From: the human T2T-CHM13v2.0 reference genome, Homo sapiens
DNA: 64,000 nucleotides
Assembly (NCBI RefSeq): GCF_009914755.1
Contig: NC_060937.1
Direction: 5' to 3' (one strand)
Shown here: positions 55,316 to 64,000 of the stretch, piece by piece
Layout: every line of letters starts with the position of its first letter
How positions within the stretch are numbered: the stretch's first letter is position 1
The notes under the pieces: generated by a model
Seen by the model: the letters and a program-made list of their open reading frames with translations, nothing else
The model's database searches: none
Told to the model about the DNA's origin: nothing
Program-made: the position numbers and the translations under genes

Positions 55316-57129
55316 TTGTCACTGGAAGGTTTTATACCGCACATCTATGTACCCTGGAAAGATTCAGGATGTGTGAGGGGTATTCTTCTCTTTAAGAAAC
55401 AGAAGAAGGGTAGTTGTGAGAGAAAAGATGTTCCCAGGCAGAACAATTTTAGGAAAAAGTACAAATAGAATATAAGGTTCTGTAAACTAATTCCCTTAAA
55501 ATGAGCACCTTTGAAATGTGTCTGTGTGCTCCAGTTTGAAGACTGTTGCCTTGCAAAGCTGGACACATTGCACATTTAGGCACACTAAGTATTGTTTGAG
55601 TAAACGGATGGCTGCATATGTAGGGAAGTCCCAGATTGTGCATAAAATCTTTTTTAGCAGTGGTGAGGCCCAAATGCAGCCAACAATGTGGGATGCATGC
55701 TCAGTCTGACACATCCTGAGACTGCAGTTCATAGCTGGTCAGACTGGGTGTCTCCGAGGGCCTGGCGCTTGGCTGAACAGATAGAGCCACTGGGAAAGCA
55801 GGCAGGATCTTGGAAGCCCAAGCGATAATGGGCCATCAGCTGGAAACAGGGCTTCTGTTGTCACTTTGCCAGCAACAACAGCAGTGGTGCTGATGTTTGC
55901 AGTTGTGTGCATCTGCAAATTTGCAGAACTCTGCCGCTTATCTGGGGAAATCTCTCTGACAGATTTGTTTACGGAATATCAAGTTGTGCATTTACGGCTG
56001 GCTAGCCAACAAAACTGAAAATGGCCTAAGGAGGATTTAAAAAATGACTACTTTTCATTGGCTGTAGAACAGAAGCCTCCCTACCCCGCCACAATAAAGA
56101 GTCCTATTTCGCATCTTTGTTTGCTTTTTGCTGTGATTTTGTTAAGTTGCAGTATATCCGTACAACCTCTCCCACAAGAAACTCCACTAAAACTCCAAAC
56201 CAAAAAAGCAAGACACTTGTGCAGAGAGAGACTCCTGTCATTTATAGTGTGCTAACACAACTTCGTAGCCACTGAGTCAAAACATCTGAGCGGTTGCGCA
56301 CATTCACCCCAGACACTCTAAGGAAGTGAGGAGCTGGTGTTTCCTGAAGGGGCTGATTGCCCATTTGCCTGGTTTACCTGGCAAGGGAAGACCTCGGCAT
56401 TGAGTGTATTAAGACAGGTTAAATTTAATTTACAGTAGCTATTAATACTGTTTCAAAGAGCCATCTCGAGTATAGAATGGGTGGCTTCTTACAGGGGATG
56501 TTGTACCAACTGAGAAAATTTATGAAGATGATAGATCTAGAAGACAAAGGCAAGCCTTCTTAAATGTAGAAACTTGACCATCCAACTAGTGATTCGTCTT
56601 TTTAAAAATCTGAAAGGCTAAAGTCATAGGGTCCGTGAACTTCCTAGAGGTATGGAAGATCAGAGATCAGTCTTTAGGAAGATATCATGTGGGAAATGGA
56701 GTAGAGACTCAGATAAGAACAAAATTGGCTCCTGAAAGAAAAGGTAAAGATACTGCACACGTGGAGTGGGGTATCCAGGAAGAAAGAGGGTTTTCATATC
56801 AAGAGGCAGCAAGTGCCAGAGAACAGGCTGCCTTTGGGGAAAAGGCAGAAATAGATAATTAATGGTTTTGAAAGTCAAACTACAGAACTGCCCTTTTCAA
56901 GTGTTTTAATAAATACTGAAGGGAATGGAAATACATTTGACATAATATGGAAGCAGTGAAGGACATGTTAATGGAACTTTGATGATCACTATGTAAGAAA
57001 GTACTTAGAGAATCAGAATATAAACAAATCAAGGTCAGGAGAGATGCCTACTTATGTTCAAGTTTGCTCCAGTGTTCTGCGCAGAATCTTACCTTACGGG
57101 TTCACTTCGGTATTTCCAGCATTACCCAT

Positions 57130-57370
57130 CATCATCTATCCATCCATCTACCTTTCCATTCTTTCCAGAGATCCTTTTGAGTCTCTGCTACATGCCCTGA
57201 GTCCTGGACTGGGCACTAAGAACACTGTAGTGTATAAAGCCATGCTTGGCCCCTGCTGTTTTAAATCTCATTAAAAGCACAAGTGTACGATTGCAACAGC
57301 ACTGGGTACCATGCAGGAGAGCAGTGTGGTGCTCTGGATATAAAGTAGAGGGATTTGACCTAATTGAAAA
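57130..57370 (-). mobile_element. L2 fragment
   Basis: (TCCA)n-like tail then ttgagtctctgctacatgcc..ctgggcactaagaacac. Confidence 0.55.
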
Positions 57371-60300
57371 ATGAGAAGGAAAAAGCCCTTGAGTGGGAAT
57401 GTGCCTTTCCCTTAGAGGCTAGGTCTTCATATGCTTGGGAGTTTCAGGATGTGTAGATCTTCCCTTAAGTTGAAATTATCTTATAGGAAGGATTCTTGAA
57501 TGAAGGTATCTAGGATTGAAAGACTTTTCTACCTTGCATCAGATTTTTAGTTTATGTAAGTATATTATACTGGGGTTATGGCTCAGGAATTAAACCCATG
57601 TCTAAAGAAAAAAGCATGGAATTGCAAATTTGTCTTTTTCACTGACCTGCTGGAGAAAACTATATTAATTGCATAGCAATTAATAGTTGGCTGAGTTCTT
57701 TCATATAGTTATTTAAACTTGTATCTCTACTCTGTCCCTGGCTCTCCTTCCTCCCATTCTTCATCCACTACCTCCCAGGCAGGTAGGACAGGCAGAACAT
57801 TGTTGTCATTATCTATGGCAACATCAAATGTGTTTTGAAGGTTTGCTGCATTGGAAGTTGACAATAAAATTACAGCACGTGCCCACCATCTATCCCCCAC
57901 CGTCAAACTTAGCACTTAGAGAGGGGACATATACTTTAAAATAGAATGCATTAATTTCTCCAGAGGCATGTACAAGGCTTGTTGGAATATGAAGGAGGAA
58001 CCCCTAATTCAGACTGTTGTGTGGAGAGGGGACAGGGAGTAGGGTGTATGTTTGTCGGGGAGCTTCCTGCAAAATCTGGAAGAACAGGGAAGATTTAGCT
58101 GGATGAGTGACAGAGTGGGTGGGGATGAAGTTCAGATAAGGGGTGAGCTTTGCCAGATGAGGAAACGGGACACCTAGAGTTGAGGCCAGATCTGTCAGTT
58201 CCTTCTCCAGTGCACACTCCCTGAACTGAGCTGCCACTCAGGTGGAGAGAGGAGTGGGAAACGGTAAAGACAGCCAATAAGTTGGGTAACCCAGGAAGGG
58301 AAGCAAGAATAATTTGGTAGCAGGAGACGGCAGGTACTCAAGACAGGCTGCTTTTTGGGAAAGGGGCAAGTAGATAATTACATGGGAGGCCCTGTGCAGT
58401 CATCACATTTGCTCTCTCCATAACATCCTGAATTAGGTGTTGCTAGCTGCATTTTACAGAAGGAGAAGTTGAGGCCTAGTGGGGCTAGAACCAGGTTGGA
58501 CTTGACCCTGTGTTGCCCTGTTCAGTGGTCGGTACTACAGGGGTGGCTGGGGCCCAGTGGGAACTGTGGGCTGCTTGTGGCATTGTCCCTGGTTGGATGT
58601 CTGAGGACAATCCCCATAGTGGGCAGGCATGGCTGGGTTCTTCAGAGATGTAATGAACAAAAGAACTTTGGGGACTAACTCATGGACCTCATCCTTGCGG
58701 TCCAGTGACTTCTGTGGAAAAATGTGTTTACATCCCCATTCGTAAGCTGGCCCTATCTGAATCCTCCTTTACTTTCTAGGACTGGGGAATTAGGCATGTG
58801 CTGGCTGCTTAGGCCCTGTGTGTGTGGGCATCTGCCAGCTTTCTAAGCTACAGTAATGAAGGCTCTCATGACTTTGCAGAACTCAGTGTCGTGTAGAGTA
58901 GAAGTATCCATTATTAGACTTAAGGACAGAGGTACATTTGTATTTTTGCAAAACATATTTAACTTATGCAGGATGATGGGGTAGACCATCCTGTGACTGA
59001 TTTAAGAAAGGCTGTGTTTATTTAAGGAGCTGCACAGAGAAACATACAGGAGAAAGGGTAGAATATGGGAGATTTGTATGTTGTTCAGGGACAAAGTTTG
59101 TGAGGGATGACCAGGATCCACAGACGGGGGTGGGTGGAGGCCCTTCCTGTAGCATCTTCCCCTGAGGCCTGACGAGAGAGAGAGAGGCAGATTGTAGGGT
59201 TTTATTTCAGAATTAATCTTACTGATCAGTACACTCCATCCTGCCTACTTTCATTGCAGAACCTTGTGCTTGGGTTGAGGCAGTGTTGAAAGGAGGGATT
59301 GATTTATATTACATTTAGTTGTGATCAGTTAGACAAAGTGGTAGATAATCTTTGGCAGGATGGATTTAGAATTTGCTTAATTGCCATGTGCTATGATGTT
59401 CTGCCATCTGCAGGGAGAGCTTCCATTTGGAGATAAAATCAAAATACAATTTCTAGATTTTATTGAGGGTCGTCCTCCCTTAAACAAATACTGTTGTTTC
59501 TTTTTTCCTGATAACTATTTTCATTTTCTGTGAAAACATGCAAATGACTCAATTGCTAGAGGAGAAATGAGGCAGCATTTCTAATAGTCACTCTTTTGCC
59601 AGCTTTTTGTAGGAATCAGGTTGTTTGACTTTCTTCCCCCTAAGAGGTTAGTATCTGAAGTGATGTGAGCAGAGAACCCCTGAGATGTCAGGTACCATCA
59701 CCAGGCCGGAATGTGGGATTTGGAAAGGAGACCTAGGTCTTGGCTTTTTCAGACTCCTCATGTGAAACCAGTGGAGAAATCCAGTGTCATGTGGAAAATG
59801 CGGCTAGGAAGGGGGCTATCTGGCCTTCAGTCAAGGCAGTGGCGGCAGTGGAGTGCACCTTAGCAAAACATCGCCACATGCTGCATGTCAGCCTAGTGGG
59901 GGACATGCACGAGGCTTATCCCTGGATGTTTGGAGTCTGACTGACCGCACCCTCCTTGCTCCCATCCACCTCAGATGTTTCCCTGTGTGTGCTGGATATT
60001 GGAGGAACTAGGACAAGTCATTCTTACAGTGCTTTCAGAGAAAATTCATATATATGTCAACTCTCCTCCTGTCACGCTCAGTTTTTGCAAACACTTGGGG
60101 TTACATGTTTGGTACAGTGTGACAGTGTATGTCCCTCGTTTTGCATTGTACCTGTTGTAGGGCTGTGCTGGACACCCGTGGCTTGGCCTGAGAACAGAAC
60201 CTCGCCAGTGTCAGGCAGACAGTCCCTTGCTAGTTCCATCAGTAACAAATGCTGTTCTTATCATGATGGTAACCAGTCTGTTAGGGAATCTTATCAGCCT

Positions 60301-60639
60301 GCTGGGGAGAGCCAGCAGGCAGAGATGGTTAAACATCTGCAGGGCAGGGACCAGGCTGGTAGAGGGCAGGGCAGCTTGCTGGACAGTGTCTCTGTGGGAC
60401 CCTTACAGGGGCAGTTTCCCAGTGTTGTGGCATTAAGTAGAGAAATTAGCCCTCTGGAGTTAGGATGGTACGTACAATGGGAAGTCCTATGTGATAGAAT
60501 GTAATACTTTTAAAATGTTCGTGTGAGAGTATATAGATTAATTGTCCATTTAACAATGATTGCTGGAGTTAGAGAATGAATCACAGGTAGTCAGCACATC
60601 CATGTTAATCTCTGCAAAATTATTGCTCTGCATGTAGTT

Positions 60640-60870
60640 GAAGGCTGTGGGGCCCGACAGGCCTGGCATGGGTACAGTTCTGTCATTTAATGACTTTGTG
60701 TAGGCATGTAGCCCTTCTGAGCCTCTGTTTTTTTCTTTTTTTTTTTTTTTTTACCCTTAATGGTGTTAACATAGCCCAGGGATTGTCTTGAAGATTAAAC
60801 GAGATGATTTTGCATGTATGTGAATAAAGAAGCAAAATGCCTGGCATTTAGCAGTCAGTCAGTAGGCAAT
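60640..60870 (+). mobile_element. MIR
   Basis: ccttctgagcctctgttt..gattgtcttgaagattaaacgagatga..tgcctggcat. Confidence 0.6.
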
Positions 60871-61625
60871 AGTTGCAGTTACTTTAAGGCCACAATGTAA
60901 TCTTTGGGAATATTTGTCACCAATCAGGAGTCTAGGGTCTTTGTTCAGTGGTGTTTTTACCGAGCCTACAACAGTGCCTGGCACATGGTAGGCACTTGGT
61001 TGGTACTTACTGGCTGTGTGGAGCAATAGGGAAAGTGAGGCAGATATTCCCCGTATCCAGCAGCCTGAGGAGTGCCTGTGTGAAAGGGAACTGCTCTGGA
61101 GGCGTGAGTGGAGGTGGCGACCCTGTGGAGTGTTTGAGTGGGAAATGCCCTCCTGTGCCTGGTTTCCCTGACCCGTCCCTAAAGATTCCCTGGGAACCCC
61201 CATACGCTCCTTCCCTTCAATTTTTGCTGCAATCTTCTACCCCATATATACCCAACTCCCAAAAATGTGTGGGAAAGAAAACCCTTTTTAGTTTTCACCC
61301 TTAACATAGGAGAGAGAGAGGCTAAATTTATAAAGGAACTTGGAAGCTGACCCTAACACATGCATGTGTGTATACCCCTTGTCTATAGATACCCCCTTGG
61401 CCTCACACATGAATAGAAAATGTGTGCATGACAAAGGAAATAGCACAGATCAATCTGAATGGGCTTATTCAACAATATTGTCACATGGTTGGTTTGAAAT
61501 TTGGGAAACATTTATGTAGGCTGATACCTGATAGGATATACCCAAATTCTGCATGATTACATAGTAAATTAACAACAGGAACGCAATCAAACATTAGAAA
61601 AGCCAGAAGAAAACAGAATTTAAAT

Positions 61626-61935
<310 letters not shown>

Positions 61936-62955
61936 CTACACACAAGTTGTTGATTGTAGCTTTATTTATTGTAGTGGAAAATTGGAAACATCTTATGTGC
62001 TCAGAGATTGGGGTATATTCCCTTGGTGAATTCTCCAGTCATTGAAAGTGATCATTTTGAAGATTATTATAACATAAAAAATTGAACATGATAGTAAAGG
62101 AAAAATTAGAATAAAAATTTTATATACAAAATGACTTCAATTAAACATGTATGAAAAAGAAGAAATACATCATAATAGATATTTCCCAGTAGAGTCATGG
62201 TTTTGTGAGTGATTCTTCCTTTTCTCTATTTCCCAAATGTGCAAAATTTTTGTTGTTTTATATTTTCAGACATTATATACTTAAGTGATTACCTTTAGTC
62301 TGCTGAGGGAGATCAAAATGAAGAAATTATAGAAAATGCAAACATTTGAAAATAACTCACATGCTGTCTCATCTTTTGTTTCGAAACATTCCAGTAATGT
62401 GCAGGAGAGCTTTGGTGATTAAGCTTCATCTTTATCCAGAGAAAGTTATAACAGAGCCACAAGCTCATCAAATTCAGGAACTTTCTTCTGCATTCTTTCC
62501 TACTTCTAGCTTTCCTTGTGTTTCCTAAGCAGTTGGCTTCCAGGGCTCTCAGAAGCTGGTCTACAGGCTTTGTCCCCAGGAAAATAGATTGTTCCTTATT
62601 AAAATCCAGACGCTTTTCTGTTTCAAACCTTTCAGGTCCTCTGCTAGCCTCCCACTCGGTTACAATTTGTTGGTTCCCACCATGAGCCTTTATATAAAAA
62701 CCCACAGTGTCATTAAAGGTGTGTCAAGCCTTGTCAACGTTCTCATATAGCCCGAGGCTGAGGAATTCTGGCCTTAGACGTAAGAGGGTATTAGTAAACA
62801 CCGTTTCTTTCTGCTCCTTGCCTGCGAGTGAGCTTTGTATGCCTGTCTTCCTAGGTTTGCCTGGAGGAGGCTTACCAGTGAGGAAAAAACACATCTTAGC
62901 AGAAGAATGTCTCACAGGTGCTGCAAAGTGCTTCCGCATTCTTCTGAAAATAGAT

Positions 62956-63292
62956 GTTTTTAAAATTTATTTTAAAAATTAATTTATATTTTTGTATTTA
63001 AAAATGTTTTTAGAGATAGGATCTCACTCTGTCACCCAGACTGGATTGAAATGGTGTCACCTTTTCTTACTGCAGCTTCAAACCCCTGAGCCCAAGTGAT
63101 CTTCCTGCCTTAGCGTCCTGAGTAGCTGAAACTACAGGCATGCACCACCACACTTGGCTAATTTTTATTTTTTATAGAGATAGGTTCTCACTATGTCACC
63201 CAGGTTAGTCTTGAGCTCCTGGGCTCAAGCGATCCTCCTGCATCAGCCTCCAAAAATACTGGGATTACAGGCACGAGTCACTGCGCTCAGCC
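62956..63292 (-). mobile_element. AluJ
   Basis: gagctcctgggctcaagcgatcctcctgc; TSD ~agatgt.ttt. Confidence 0.85.
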
Positions 63293-64000
63293 CCAGATGT
63301 GTTTTAATATAAGTTGATTTTCAGTCCTCTGCCTCTGTGCTGTTGCTTTTCTGGGATTCAGAAGCTGTGGGCTAGGAATCACTAATTACATCCCTGCAAA
63401 TTGGGTTCTCCTCTTCTACCCCTTTGCCTACTTGAAAATCTATGAAGATTCATTCAGGTGAATTTCTAACCATCTGTACCTCCTCCCCTACACATTAGCA
63501 AACACAGGATGCTCCCTTAGAAACATACCAATTGTGAGTTCATACTATAAAGGTTGTTAACTACATGCTCATCATAGCAAGTATGTTATAAGGGTCCATG
63601 AAAAATAAAAGGAAAGTGGGATTGTTCTCTACCCTATTTTATGGGGTAGGCAAGGTTGACCTGATTTCAGGATATCATGTTAGGCCATAGTGTGGGAATG
63701 TGTTGTGGCAAGAGACTGACACCTGCAGCTCTTGAAATTCTCAGGCCTCCTGGCTCATCATGTCGGTGAGGGAGGAGCAAATGAACAAATTTCAAACAAG
63801 TCATAATTAACAGAAGTTAAAACACATTAAATTAATAGCTGAAGACCATGAATTTAAAAACCCTATGATGATAGCTTAACAGTGGCCAAGCTAAATTAAG
63901 AAGGTTAAAAAGGTGTGGGCCTGAGACTGTGCTTGATCAAGAAGTTGTAGGGTTTTAAGTTTACTAAACAAAAATACCCCACTCAGATTCTTCACACCTA

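Noticed and set aside
59956-60504. 182-aa ORF in unique sequence
   Set aside because: It starts at a non-ATG codon (TTG), and has no domain or convincing splice boundaries; consistent with chance.

Overview
Human genomic DNA: it is Alu/L1/L2/MIR/LTR-rich and carries a human-specific AluYb8 at 5077. About 1-18.7 kb is a dense, deeply nested stack of transposable elements: an ERVL-type provirus relic, an MST MaLR provirus, old L1s, Alus, MER63 and a rare SVA2. About 18.75-20.05 kb is a CpG-island promoter of a + strand gene. It contains an interrupted 23-unit GGGGCT hexanucleotide repeat and three consensus splice donors (alternative first exons). The remaining ~44 kb looks like that gene's long 5' intron(s), with a THE1 LTR, a MER11 LTR, a MER96B hairpin split by a ~6.7 kb old L1, an L1PA with a 3' transduction, and a few candidate small exons including a 12-nt microexon. 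I cannot identify the host gene or support any bona fide protein-coding exon; nearly all ORFs in the track are TE-derived or chance. The most notable items are the promoter hexamer repeat with an ATG-initiated poly-Gly-Ala frame (C9orf72-like architecture), the microexon, the L1 3' transduction and an SVA2-derived CTCF motif. TE subfamily names come from recalled consensus sequences, and boundaries without TSDs are approximate.
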